From the NCBI RefSeq assembly GCF_009914755.1, contig NC_060927.1: a stretch of DNA of 64,000 nt; one strand, given 5' to 3'. The translations under genes were made by a program, and so were the position numbers. The stretch is from the human T2T-CHM13v2.0 reference genome, Homo sapiens. A model generated the notes under the pieces. The model was given only the letters and a program-made list of their open reading frames with translations, was not told the DNA's origin and searched no databases. This document shows positions 42,158-55,425 of this stretch, in pieces; position 1 is the first letter of the stretch, and each line of letters begins with the position of its first letter.

Positions 42158-44985
42158 CAGACTTATTAAGTGTATTGTCTTATTCGATTATCATAGCAAT
42201 AAGATAGGTACTAGTATAATCATTTTCACATATGAGAGAAGCTAAAACTAAGTTGTAATTAAATTACTATGTTTGCTCATGGGGTCTGTATGTGAGTAAA
42301 GATTAAATTCAGCTACAAGCAACAGGAAATGTAACATAAAAATGATAAGACAAATACATATTCCCACCCATAATATTATATATGAGGAAATTAAGGGCTG
42401 GTTCTTTTGCTCATGGAATGCACTCTGGGTCCTAGCTGCTTCTAACTCTTTAGATCATGGTTACTGGCATGTGGCTTTATACTCATGTTCACATGGTAGT
42501 TGCCACATTACCAGCTGTTGCAACCATATTTTGGACAAGAAGAAGGAAAGGGGGAAAAGTCAATAGTCTTTGGACAGCTTAGCCTTTTTGTGTCAGGAAG
42601 AAAAATCTGCTTCATGACACTTCTGCACCATAATGGCCATGCTTATGTTGAATTGCCTCTCTTAGTTACAAAGGAGGCTGAGCTCATTGGTCGTTGGAGT
42701 GAAAAGTCAGGTTTCTGTTGGAAAGCAAGAAATGAATAAGAGATATTTCTAGGCAACTAGTTGTAGCTGCTATGGCCTACATTTTTGGTTATTCTGTATA
42801 TTCAGATAAATCTTTATCCCACTTTTTAATTTTGCAACCATACTTATCACAAAAGAAACCACCTCCAAGTTTCATCCAGATACTAACTTTAGCTCAAAGT
42901 CTAAAGATTCTGAGTGGTATACAGATCACTTCATCATTCCCAAACCTTAGAGTAAAATTAAAAATGTATGCCATACAACTCTGCTATTTCATGGTTAAAA
43001 AATAAATGGGTCTTTATACTTCTAGCATCTACGTAATCAATTAAATTCTCCACACTTAACTCACATTTTCATTGCAGTTAACATGAACAACTCATTCAAG
43101 AGATGTAAAATTATTCTAGCTCCAGTATTCAAATTATACTTTGATAGAAATCAAATTAGTTTGTTCAAGTTCTTAAAAATTTTAAAAACTTTTGTATTTC
43201 TCCAGTTGTTAGTGAAAGCAAGTAATTGTAACCCAAAAATTAAATAGCCCACTCTTCATGTGAGTAATATACTCAAAGTTCATTAAAATGTGTACTGTAT
43301 TATTCAGTAATAATTATGTACAATCATTGTAAAAATTTATCAAACTTGGTTAAAATTTATCACAGTTTAGTTAAATTTAAGTGGTTAATTAAATAATCTA
43401 CATATGTGTACTCTTTTCTAACAGAGAGTTAATCTGTTCAGGTCAATTGCAAGTAGGTTTTTCATGAAAATAGCTTATTATAAGCCTAACATTGTAAAAA
43501 ATATCATTCCAAAAGCCATTTGGACATTAAATTCTATATAGTCAGGTGAGTACATAATTTATGTTCTTCCCTAAATTATATTAAATGCCAAAAAAAGACT
43601 TAAAAGTGAGTAAGTCCTTACTAGACCTGAGAAAATGAGAGTGAAATTTTATGAAACAAACCAGAGGTTTTATAAAATTTTCTAAAGATACATCTTGTAT
43701 GTTACAAAAATGTAATACAAAAGAATGCTTGAAAAATATGTTGTCAAAATAAAAACATCAATAGAAATATTACAATTTTAAATGAATAAATTTTTTCAAA
43801 ACATAGTTAATCACAACAAAAGAGAAATGAAAACTTAGGAGATACAGTATTTAATTCAAAGGAACATTGTGAAAACAGAGTGGAGGAAATAAATATTAAA
43901 AAGTGACTAATATTAGGGGAAAAAAATCTGTATTTAAAATAAAAAAGCCAACTGAGGGCCAAGTAAGATAAGCTGTTGAAAAATCTCATCATTTCATATA
44001 TTCTTGCCAAATTTCTGACAATAAAAGATTATAAGAATTTCAGGAAGAAAATACTGAGGTTGCATTCCAGAAAAATAAAAAGGAATTAAAGAAAGAGGAA
44101 GGTATGGGATCCACTCAACAATGCAATTAGCACAGGTGTTCAGTAAAATGAGATCTTAGGATGAAGAGTTATACATCATCCTTAAAAAGCAATCAGTTAA
44201 AGTAAGAAGTCTGTAGTCTGCACAAAAACTATTTTCAAGAAGAAGATACTTTCTATTTATGAACTTGGAATCTCTAATGACAAGAAAGCACAATGCAAAT
44301 ATGAGACACATTAAAATGTTTTATTAGTTTTTAAAATTGTTAGAAAGTTAGAAAAAAAAGAGTGCAGTTGAATTTTACACTCGAAAAGCTCTCCTCTGAG
44401 TTGTCTGCACCTAGCAACCAAGTTTTATACTGTCAGTCTAAACAGACTTCTTGATTTTGCATTAAATAACATTCGCAGGATCATGCCATTGGCATAATTA
44501 CAAGTATAGGTCATGAATTTTTTCATTTTGGAATATGTCTGTAGAGTATGGTTTGGGAGATCTAATTGTGGTGACAAAATAGACTCTAAATGTTATCAAA
44601 CCATAATTTTAAAGGTAGAATTAATTGATAGGGGACAGAAGGGGTGAGAGGTGGGAAGGAAGTATTTTTAGGGTAACCAATTGCCTGATCTTTCACAATG
44701 GCAATCAGATATATACTAATATCTATTTTCTAGAAGAAATAAAAAATCAAGCATTAATTTAAACTTAAGAAAACTCAAAGAAGAATTCCTGTCTAGGTCT
44801 TAAAGGCCCCGCAAAAATTGCAAATTTGCTTACCTTTCAGATGTGTTTCATTACTGGAGGTCAAAACAATGACTTTCTTTCTATTTCTCTCACACTCCAA
44901 GCCCTTTTCTGCCTCTGGTCCTTTCCGTTTTTTGTATCTTTGCTAGAAAAATTCTTTCTAAAATTTTTGGTGTGGCTGTCTTCTT

Positions 44986-45167
44986 TTTTTTTATTTTTTA
45001 TTTTTTATTATTATTATACTTTAAGTTTTAGGGTACATGTGCACAATGTGCAGGTTAGTTACATATGTATACATGTGCCATGCTGGTGTGCTGACCCATT
45101 AACTCGTCATTTAGTATTAGGTATATCTCCTAAAGCTATCCCTCCCCCCTCCTCCCACCCCACAACA
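44986..45167 (-). mobile_element. Severely 5'-truncated young L1 (L1PA2/3-like 3' end, ~180 bp)
   Basis: L1 3'UTR terminus with an A-rich tail. Perfect 14-bp TSD gtggctgtcttctt at 44972-44985 and 45168-45181. Confidence 0.96.
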
Positions 45168-45480
45168 GTGGCTGTCTTCTTATAGTTGTGCACGTTCAAC
45201 TCAGTTATCACTTTCCAACATTTCAGAGGAGATCTCCACCTTGCCCATTGGTCACTTCATGCCATGAATTATTTCACTTTGTGGTTTTCTTAATATTTAT
45301 CACCATCTAATATTATGGTAGTTTTTTGTTCAATATTTCTTCTCTCTTGCTTGAATATAAGCTCCAAGAGAACAACTTAAAAAAAATTCTCATTGGGTTG
45401 ATCAGTGATAATTTGTTGAAGGAATCGATTTAAATAATAAAATTAATAATAGCAATAGTAATTAGCAATCATAACAATCA

Positions 45481-45838
45481 TGTTATGGGCTATATTATGG
45501 CCCTCCAAATTTATATGTTGAAACCCTATCCCATAGTACCTCAGGATGTGATTTTATTTGGAGATAGGGTTTTACAGAGGTAATAACGTTAAAATGAGGT
45601 CATTAGGGTGGGCCCTAATCCAATTATGACTGGTGTTTTTATAAGAAGAGAAGGTTGGGTTACAAATTTACACAGGGAAAAGACTGTGAAGACAGGAAAA
45701 AGGCCATCTACCAGCCCAGGAGAGAGGCCTCAGAAGAAGCCAACCGTGATCTTGGACTTCTAGTCTCAAAAATGTGAGAAAATTAATTTCTGTTGTTGTC
45801 ACCCACTTTGTAGGAGGCTATCCTAGCAAACTAATGCA
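45481..45838 (+). mobile_element. MLT1A/B MaLR LTR
   Basis: tgttatgggct...'aaatgaggtcattagggtgggccctaatccaa'...ctagcaaactaatgca. Confidence 0.88.
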
Positions 45839-47139
45839 AGAACTGTCACAACTCAGGAGAAGAATGGACTGTGGATATGCTAAGTGACTTAAATGAACTA
45901 ATACATGATCTTTCATAACGGAAAAAAACTAGGTCCTGAGTAAACTTTACAAAAAAAAAAAAAAAAAAAGAAAAAAATGGTATAAGCATATAATGCAGAA
46001 AACTAATAAACATGAGAAGTATTAAAATGGATTAAAGTTATTGCTTCTTAGAAGTAGGGCTAGAAATAGACAGCAGATGAGAGGCATTTTAAAAAAATAA
46101 CAATCTGTATTGTATAATTTTTCATTCTTGGATTACTTGTATGAAAAAAGTAGATATAATTAATTTTTTAGTTTTGAACTATTTATGGAAAGGTATAGTG
46201 ACTTGTGGCATCTGTATCTACTTTTTTTCCTAATACATTTTTATTTCATGAGGCATTCTGGTTTACAGAGTATAAAAAAGAAAATAAAATGGTTGTGAGA
46301 GCTAATTTATTCTTTAGATTTTGAAAATGAAGAAAACATTGGTGAAAATACAAGACAGAAAAGTCTGCAGTAAGAAACAGACTTCAAAGGAGTTTTCCCT
46401 GGGAAAGCAGACTGGAAATAAGATATAATGTAGGGGATGTTTATAAATCCTAAGCACAGTCATGAAAACAGATGGAGTAACAGGTGGTGAAACAACAGAT
46501 GAAATACAGAATGTTGATGGTGAAGAGGAGAAGGTAATGACCAGATTCAGTTTTCTGGAAGGGCTTCAATTCAATACATTTGAGAAAGTTGATGGTATTT
46601 GAAATAACTGAGGGACAATTCTTTTGTACCCATGTTCTAGCCATTGTCATCAACTGCGTAGAGAATTCAACTTTTAAAATAATCAGTAAATACGTAATGT
46701 AAAATCGATTCACGGCAGCCAGGTAGCCCTTATTTTGAAATTAAAGAGCATAATCAAGTATTAAAGGAAAACACAAATATCATTGCCGGACTAAGTCTGG
46801 ATCAAAGTATTTGCTATTACCTTTCTAGGAAAAGGATAACTTGCAGCATTTTTTTTTAAATTCGGGTTTCCATAGTTTTTTTTTTTTTTTTAATATAGGT
46901 GGACTTCTTTTATGAAGAAAAATATACTATAAAAATGTAAGCCAAATAATTTGATTACTCATTATAAGTGAAATGGAATTTGGAGATTATTTATGGGCAG
47001 AATGGAGCAATTATACAATATAAGCAAAACTAGATAATCTCAGATGTAGGACATTATTCAAAATGATTTCAGATTTTTAGTTTTAATTGGCAAGAAAACG
47101 TCTTCTTTGTCCCTATAATTTTAAAAGTCATCATCAAAT

Positions 47140-47575
47140 TGAAACTGACCCAATAATCCCATAGATAGTATTTTTTTATATATAAATATAGAAATTGACC
47201 CTTCTGGTCTTAAAGCTTGAAAATTAGATTTGTTTTATCTGAGTTCCTTCCTCTGGAAATTACCTTCAGGCATCTCAAAAAAATATATCAAAGAATTGAA
47301 ACTCACCAGATCCAGACAATGAGATACCCCTCATTCATCATGATTGCTTCCTTGCCCCTTTCTAGCTCCTGTTTTCTCACATATTGTTGCATTTCTTTCC
47401 TGCTATATAAAACCCCAATTTTAGTCAGTTAGGGAGATGAATTTGAGTGATCTCCTGTCTCCTCTGCTGCAGCACCCAATTAAAGCCTTCCTCCTTGGCA
47501 ATACTCATCTCAGTCATTGGCTTTCTGTGCGGAGAGCAGCAGGACCTAGACTAAACCCCTGGTGTTTCGGTAACA
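47140..47575 (+). mobile_element. ERV1 MER4-group solo LTR (subfamily uncertain)
   Basis: tgaaac...gtaaca termini, TATATAAAA at ~47404 and ATTAAA at ~47479. 4-bp TSD aaat at 47136-39 and 47576-79. Confidence 0.85.
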
Positions 47576-47759
47576 AAATGATTGACAGTGATTGAGTTTT
47601 CATCATGTATATTGATTGTCTTCCATTACAGCCAAATGTATCATAAGATATTCTACCCTTGTTCACTTTACTTTTTGTATGTCCCTGGCTTTGACTTCCA
47701 CGGTATTACTGAAATATTCTTAATAGGTGAACAAGGACTTTCTCATAATTACACCTTAC

Positions 47760-49420
47760 ACTTTATTTGAACTGTCAGCATCTCTGAGCTCCAGATTTAT
47801 TTATCTAAGTATCTACTGGTTCCTTCTATTTGGGTTTCCTAGTTACCTCAAAATCAAACTTTGGAAGCTGGAGCTAACTGCCTTCTTGTTCTTTCTTCCA
47901 ACTAGTTGCTCAAACCAGAAATTCAGGTAATATTATTGACTCTTCCAACCTGTTTTCTAACCTCATCTACTGATCACCAATTAAGGTGCATATTAACTCC
48001 TAAGTATTTCTTCTAATCTGTCAAGTTTCTCTCTGTCCACAAGTCTTTATTCTAATTAACTCCAGTATCATCTTTTGTCTGAATTATATCAATTCCCTTC
48101 TGACTAATCTTATTGTCTACAATATTTTGCAACTCCATTCCCTTCTTCACATTGCAGACAAGACAACCTTTTTCAAAAGTAAGTCATATAAACATGTAAG
48201 TGTGTATACACTATATGGATATGTCTGTATGCTTATGTATGTATACATGCATGAATGTGTGTATGTAATTCCACATTTTAAAGTTCATTGGTTTGTCTCA
48301 GAATAAATTTCCAAATACTTAATCTGGTTTAAGAGTAACCTGTGTTTTTTCTGCAATCTTTATGTAGTATTTCTGTTTATTTATCCAGCCCTACCTTATA
48401 TTGTATCATCTCCAGATTTTACAACCATCTGTATTGAACCACATTCAGTTCCAGAATAATTATGACATTCTTTTTTATTCCTTTAGGGTTTTATTTCCCA
48501 AAACATACTTTTCCTTCTATTTGCAACTCTTTTTTGTTCTTCTTCAAACCATGCTGTCCTGCTTTTTCACGCCTGCTTCTGGATAATCTCATGGATGGAA
48601 AGGGTGAATAACTGGATCTGTGGACTTTCCTCTCATCTCCTGGACATCTAAGGTTTGCCCATGGGTAATTATTCTTGTAACATTAACTCAAAGAATTGCT
48701 AAGAGTTTACTTTTTTGGATCAAGATAAGTGAGAATCCAGCCAGGGGCTATAGGACTGGCTGAAGCAGTTGCTTTTTGAGTAATATGTGCTGATAATATA
48801 CAGGCATCCTAGAGTATGGAGGCAAGTCGTATACCCCTGAGTGAACACCTAAACAACTAGGGGTAAAAGGTAGAGTGAGCTCAGAGCTGGGGCTTTTCCA
48901 AGCTGAGGTTCTGCATACACTTAGCTTGCCTCTCATGACAATGTTTACCTTGAGTGTGGAATGACATAGACTCTGTGCCTGGGAGTCATAAGAACTCTAC
49001 AATGCTGCCATTGTGCATGCTCTGTTGTTTCTTTTCTCCATCCTTCCTTAAAGTAAACCTGGTCTTACTAGAAGCATGTTGTGTCTCATGAATTAGGCTG
49101 CCAACAAAAACTGAAGACCTTTGGTGCTGGTAAGCAGATGGTGCTGCATTTCCATTCATTGTTTAGACTTCACTAATAGGTCACTTCATCTGAGAAGTAT
49201 TCCCTGATTGATCAGCTGAGTTAAAGATGAAAATTTTAATGTACTCATAAAGGCTATATACTTCTCCCCTCAACATTTATTGAATTATATTCTAGTCATT
49301 TCTTATCTTTATTCCTCACTGCATTACATGGACACAATATCTTATTCATAGGTGTATTTCCAATGTATGTAACGGTGCTTGGCACTTAGATGCATAATTA
49401 AATTTATTGATTAAACAAAC
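47760..49420 (+). mobile_element. L2 relic, probably interrupted by an old LTR-like segment (~48580-49105)
   Basis: L2 motifs 'ctctgagctccagattt...acctcaaaatcaa' and 3' end 'ggtgcttggcacttagatgc...atttattga'. Confidence 0.5.
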
Positions 49421-49516
49421 AGCTGAAGAACATAAATCTCATTGTGAATGGAGAATAGATAAATGGTTAACAAGGTTTATATAACTATAGCTAAATTTTC
49501 TGTTTATTTCCCCATT

Positions 49517-49984
49517 GTATCAGTTCATTCTTGCTATATAACAAACTCCAAAACTCAGTGGATGAAAACTACAATAATTATTTATTATTGCACATGTGTC
49601 TGCAGGTTGGCTTGAGTGTGACTAATCAATGCGCAATACGTGGTTAGGACACCCTACTTTGGGCTGTAGTGACTGGGTGGCTCTTCTCACTGTATGCCTG
49701 TGGGTCAGCAGGAAAGCTCTACTCCACATGTCTCTTATGATCCTTGGACCAACAGGATACCCAGGCCATGCTTTGTATATGGCAATGGCAGAGTTGAAAG
49801 GAGTGAGTGAAGGCTTGTTGGGGCTCTTGTGCATAGGCTTGGCACTGGCACAATGTTACTTCTGCCTGAATATCATTCACCAAAGCAAGTCATGTGGCCA
49901 CGTCCAAAGCCAAAGACCAGGAAGATACATTCCACCGACACTGAGGCAATGGGGGATGGTGAAACAGCAATGTGATCAACCACA
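49517..49984 (-). mobile_element. MLT1 (H/I/J-like) MaLR LTR
   Basis: tgtatcagtt...'aacaaactccaaaactcagtgg'...'caaagcaagtcatgtggcca'...accaca. Confidence 0.8.
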
Positions 49985-50882
49985 GCCACCAACATAACAT
50001 GCAGTAATTTTAGAATACTTGATCTCTTTTAAATACAATTGTTTTTATATTCTGTATCACACAAATTATTTTGGAACAATTTCAATCATTTCATCACATT
50101 AAACTGGATTTATTTCAATCAAAACGAATGTACTGAGAGGCTCCAAACAGCAGCCAAGTGTGAAGTTGTCTTCATTTTACCCTACATCTTCCTTCCTGTC
50201 TACCTGTCTGTGGGCAACAGGTATTAGCTCAAGACCAGGGGGCTCTTTCTTGTTCAAGATCTTCCCTTCCTGACTGTCCAGCCTGTGGTCTTCTGGCTTG
50301 CTTAACCACCTGCACAGTTGTGAAGGCAAATCCTAACACTAAATCCACCTGCAAAAACCATATCCCCTACTGGTTCTGCTTCTCTGGTGAACCTTAGCTG
50401 GTATACTCCCTCACAATGCCCATTGTCCAGTAGTTCCCCAAGTCCTGCTTACTCTTTTTTCTAAGTAGTACCTTAATATTACTGAAGAATACACTGCCAC
50501 CTGGGGATCCAATTATAATTTCTCACTTCTTCCAGTGATAATTGAGAGTAATTTATTTCTGTCCTTTCCCACTGCCATTAGCCAAGACCAAAATGTCATT
50601 TGCTCTTACCAGAATGACAAGAGGAGCCTCGTAACCTGTACTCAGCAAGCCGTTCATATCCAAACTACTTTCTTCTTTGAATATAGGAAACTTTCATAAA
50701 TACAAACTTGAACATGTTAGCTTACACCTACTCTTGCTGTGGTTTCCCACTGGGAAGTTCCTTAACATGACCTAAAAGCTTCTGCACTCCCTGGCTTTTC
50801 CTCCATGTCTCCATTGTCCTTTCTTACTACACCTTACCTTTTCACCCAGTGGCCTGAAATGCTCTTCCAACATTCTCCACGG

Positions 50883-51381
50883 TGTAGGCAGAAATTACCC
50901 CAAAGATGTCCATGTGCTACTCTCTGGAACATCTGAGTATGTCATGTCATATGGTGAGGTGGAGAAAAGGCTGCTGAAGAAATTAAGATTGCTAATCTGT
51001 TGACCTTCAGAAGAGGTGATTATACTGGACCACCTGGGTGGTCTCAATGTTGTTACAGGGGTCTTTATTAGTGAAAGAAGGAGCTAGGAGAGTCAAGGTC
51101 AGAGTTTGAGGCAGATTTGAAGACATTACACTGCTGGCTTTGAAGATGGAGAAAGGGGCTACAATCTCAGAAATATGGGAAGCCTCTAAATGCTGGAAAA
51201 GGCAAAGAAATGCATTCTTTCACTGAGCCTTCAAAAGGAAAACACCTTGGCTAACATCTGATTTTTGCCTAATGAGACCCATTTTGGACTTCTGACTTTC
51301 AAAATTTTATCATAATAAGTGGTATATCTTAAGCCACCACATTTGTAGTAATTGTTACAATAGCAAAAGGAAACTATTGTA
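50883..51381 (+). mobile_element. MLT1D/C-like MaLR LTR
   Basis: 'ccccaaagatgtccatgt...ctgctggctttgaagatgga...gctggaaaaggcaaagaaa'. Confidence 0.85.
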
Positions 51382-51504
51382 TGAAATTCTTCCATACATT
51401 TTCAGTTTAAAATTTCAAAACTGATAGATTATCTAATTTTTATTTTTAAATAGAAATAATTACCATCTATTATACCCTGATTTTCATTAAAGAAGCACTT
51501 TTAA

Positions 51505-51700
51505 GTTTTAACTTTTTATTTTTAAATAATCAAATTTATAGAAAACTTACAAGAATAGTACAAAGAATTCCCACATACAATATATCCAGATTCGCCAATT
51601 TTTAACATTTTCTCGTATTTGTTTATTATTCTCTCTCTCCCTTTCTCTCTCTCTCTCTCTATATATATATATGCACAAAAATGCATGCAGTTATTATTGA
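51505..51700 (-). mobile_element. L1MC-type 3' fragment with (CT)n(AT)n
   Basis: 'tagaaaacttacaagaatagtacaaagaattccc'. Confidence 0.65.
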
Positions 51701-51910
51701 AAAAAATTAACATAAAAACAATTACAAAGGGCATGATCTCAGAATAAAGCAAAATCCCTTACGTTCAATAACTTCACAATATGGTTCTTACATTTTCCTT
51801 GTTTTATCATGGACCAGTAAAAACCTAATTATAGAAAAGCACTGGTTCATGGACAAGCATGCTGAAAACACTGTCTTAATAAAGTCTTACTTATACATCC
51901 TTATGCTTAC

Positions 51911-52138
51911 TGTACTAGCCAGTTCTCACATTGCTATAAAGAACTACCTGAGACTGGGTAATTATAAAGAAAAGAGGTTTAAGTGGCTCACAATCTTGCA
52001 GGTTGTACAGGAAGCATGACTGGGAGGCCTCAGGAGACACAATTATGATGGAAGGCAAAGGGGAAGCAGGCTCCTCTAACATTGGAGATTAAAATTCGAC
52101 ATGAAATTTGGGCAGGAACACAAATACAAACCATATCA
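51911..52138 (-). mobile_element. MST (MSTA-like) MaLR solo LTR, internally deleted
   Basis: Both termini are present (tgtactag...ccatatca). Perfect 5-bp TSD cttac. Only 228 bp long. Confidence 0.88.
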
Positions 52139-52940
52139 CTTACTCTTAAATGACTCATTTTCAGGAAAACCTTATATTCCCACACTAGAGTTTATTCCTC
52201 AAGTTTGAGTTTCTCTTGAAACCTGAACTTCTTGATGTCCCCGATAACATTGGCATACTCTCTATCAAGTTCCTTGAGGGCAGGAGCCATATTTTTGTCT
52301 GCCGTATAATCTTCTTAGGACAGAAGCTGGCGCAGAGCACATACTCTTTAAAAATGTGTTCACTATGTTAAATGATTGACAAAGAACTGAAAAAGTAGAG
52401 AATGTAGAGTTCATTAAAAAAATTCTTATAATTCTAAAACTGTATTTCATATTGCCTCAGATTTATACTTCTAATTCTAATTTGCCCAAAAAAAGTGTCC
52501 AAAGAAAATGCTTACTTTAATTTTAAGTCTAACAACATGTAAGCCTTAGAATTATAAAAAGCAAATTTGGAGCTCATAACCTTTGACTCAAAATGGAAAG
52601 GTGAACTAGGATTTATTGAAAAGGCACCATTTTTTGGTCCTTTATTTGTGATCTAGGATTATCTAGTTAAACCCCCCACCCAGTGGATGGAGAGGATACA
52701 GTTCTGTCTCTTTCCCTAATCTTTATCAGATAGCTATTTTATTTCATTAAAAAATTAATCTATTGTATCTGAACATGCCTGTGAATTATGCTTTATTTAA
52801 AACCCTGTGATTATTCTCACATTTTTTCTCCCAAGCCTAATCAAAAAGAAGCTTCAACTCCTTACTTGGGCATTCTGATTCATATAAAATTCCTTTAAGT
52901 GAGCTGGCCTGGGTACATTGTTTTTTCCTTGTTGATTATA

Positions 52941-53024
52941 TTATGTTGGTGTAAAAGTGAAAACAAAAACAAAACAAAACAAACAAAAACCAAATAAACA
53001 GCAATTACTTTAGCACCAACCTAA
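52941..53024. mobile_element. MADE1 (Hsmar1-derived MITE) with an altered interior
   Basis: TIRs ttatgttggtgtaaaagt / actttagcaccaacctaa, with TA on both sides. Confidence 0.8.
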
Positions 53025-54377
53025 TAAAATAACACTATATATATATTCTTATGACCACGTTGGTGTCTCCTGAAATGAAAAGTGGTTCATTTAAGTGTAG
53101 AATCTTAATTGCTTAGTTGTTTAGGTCAATGTGTTGTCTTTGTTGGTTTTACTTGAATTATATGGTTAATTTTATTCATCATTAACTAGTCTTGTCCTGA
53201 AAATACCTGACTAAAGTTGTATTCCTTTCTTCTAAACAGCTAAGACACTCATTAGCATTACTGAACATGTTCTCACTTTTTTGTAATTTATTTTGGTCAA
53301 AGGGAAGATCAATTACATTTTGAAAATACTATTCACGTCGTTACAAACTTTACAATCAATTCAAGCAGGGAAGATGTACATTCCTTATATTATAATCTAG
53401 GTAGCATCTAAGGTAGTGATAAATGTCTTACTCAGAATAAAAACACACATTTATTTCTTTTCTAACCTACAAATTACTTGTGTAACTCAATATTTTAACT
53501 TGCTTCCAATATTTAAAAAGTAGATGATTTAAGGTGAATCAGTGAATTCATTCCTCTTGACTTTAAATGTGCCTTCATCATATGCATTCCAAAGAAAAAT
53601 TATCTAATCTATGAAGATGTATTATAATCACCAAATAATCTACTGAATACATTTATAACTGCAATTTTATGCATTGTGAAGCACTGTAATTGCTTAATAT
53701 TGCTAACTCTACTCTAATGCCTTGCAAAAAGAAGGTGCAAAACTATTCAGAGTATATACTGACTCCAGAGAAGCAAATATACTGGGGAGACAGAAAGAAT
53801 GAGGCAGTATTTTGAATGCAAAAACTAGAAAATGGCAGATTTCTAGTTCCTAAACCCTTTATATTGGTTACAGAGTTTGTTGAGGTAGAAATAGGAAGTG
53901 AAAATGTTTCTGTGGAAGGGGTAATAAAATACTGTTGAGTTTTCATTTTCTATTTTAAAATTTCTTTCTTGTCAGTAGTTGTACTGAGATGGAAACAACC
54001 GAGGTCTGAGCCATTTGAGAGAATGACATGCAGAAAGCTGAGTGCAATAGGTGCTCAAAAATGTACAAAATGACTGGTTTCTGGAAATCATTGCTTTATT
54101 TTGCTGAATATCTGGTTAGGCAAATGAAGGGTATTCCCTATTCTCCACACTAGCTGCTTTATGAGGTTGGTCTGTATCTTTGAGTTATGAATGCATGTGT
54201 TTGCTAGATAACTGTAGCAGAATGGTCACCATATTTAGGGGGCAAAATAAGAAAAGTTTATGGTAAAATTGATTTTTGAACATGGTGATGCTTGAACCTT
54301 AAATGTGTGCATTCCTGTCTATCTTTAATAAATGAGCTAATCTAAGTATATGTGACTTCTTATGACACATGATGTTT

Positions 54378-54680
54378 TTTTTCTTTTCTTTCTTTTTGGA
54401 AACTGAGTTATGCTCTATAGCCCAGGCTGGAGTGCAGTGGCATGATCTTGGTTCACTGTAACCTCTACCTCCCGGGTTCAAGCGATTCTCTTGCCTCAGC
54501 CTCCTGAGTAGCTGGGATTACAGGCGCCTGCCACCATGCCTGGCTAATTTTTGTATTTTTAGTAGAGACAGGGTTTCACCATGTTGGCCAGGCTAGTCTC
54601 AAACTCCTGATCTCAGACGATCCGCCTGCCTCAGCCTTACAAAGTGCCGGAATTACAGGTGTGAGCCACCACGCCCGGCC
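54378..54680 (-). mobile_element. AluSx-like
   Basis: Full dimer. TSD gacacatgatgttt / gatacatgatattt. Confidence 0.96.
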
Positions 54681-55214
54681 GATACATGATATTTCAAAGA
54701 CAAAATACATTGATTCACTATGAGCTGTAAGATGATGTTACAGATAATTAGAACTTGAGGGACAAAGAAAACATATCAATAGGGTTGTTTTCATCTTACT
54801 TTTCCTGCTATTCTCCCAGTTAGTATATGGTAAACACTTGATGTCATCATTGAAAGAACGAATAAATAAATGATGCAGGAATTGCGAATTGAGTGTTGCA
54901 CATAACTGAGAGGAAAAGATTCATATTGTAAGACACATATATGGGAGAGAAGATCAAACATAAAAGCTGAGTAAAAAAAGTCAAGGAGGTAGACTGGGAA
55001 AAATATTATCTCGAAGACAGTGAGAAGAAAGTTATTTTATGGGACCTGTTTTGCATTGAACCGAGCACCTAACATAGGCAGAAATTGAGATTGTGTATTG
55101 GAGCCACAAAGGAAAACACCTAGGTTAGTTGTGCATACTCTAATGTGAGACCTTGAAATAGACATCCTGGATCCAAGCCAGACATGATCTCCAAATTTAT
55201 AGATTTTTACTATT

Positions 55215-55425
55215 TTCCAAAAAATGTATTTATCAACTTCACATGTAATATCTCATTCATTCTTTACAACCCTGAGATAGGTATTATGTTATAGCCAATC
55301 TTTTTCAGAGGGAAAGTTGTGATAGGGAAAGAGTAAATAATATACCCTGGGCTCCCACAGCTGAGAGTGGTGGAAAGTAGGATAGAACCCAGGCGATGCT
55401 CTTTGAATTGTTGTTCTTAACCTTT
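55215..55425 (-). mobile_element. MIR SINE
   Basis: 'tctcattcattctttacaaccctgagataggtatta...ggatagaacccagg'. Confidence 0.7.

Noticed and set aside
46460-46601. Short acidic ATG frame MKTDGVTGGETTDEIQNVDGEEEK…
   Set aside because: Only ~46 codons in purine-rich sequence, with no promoter or homology support.
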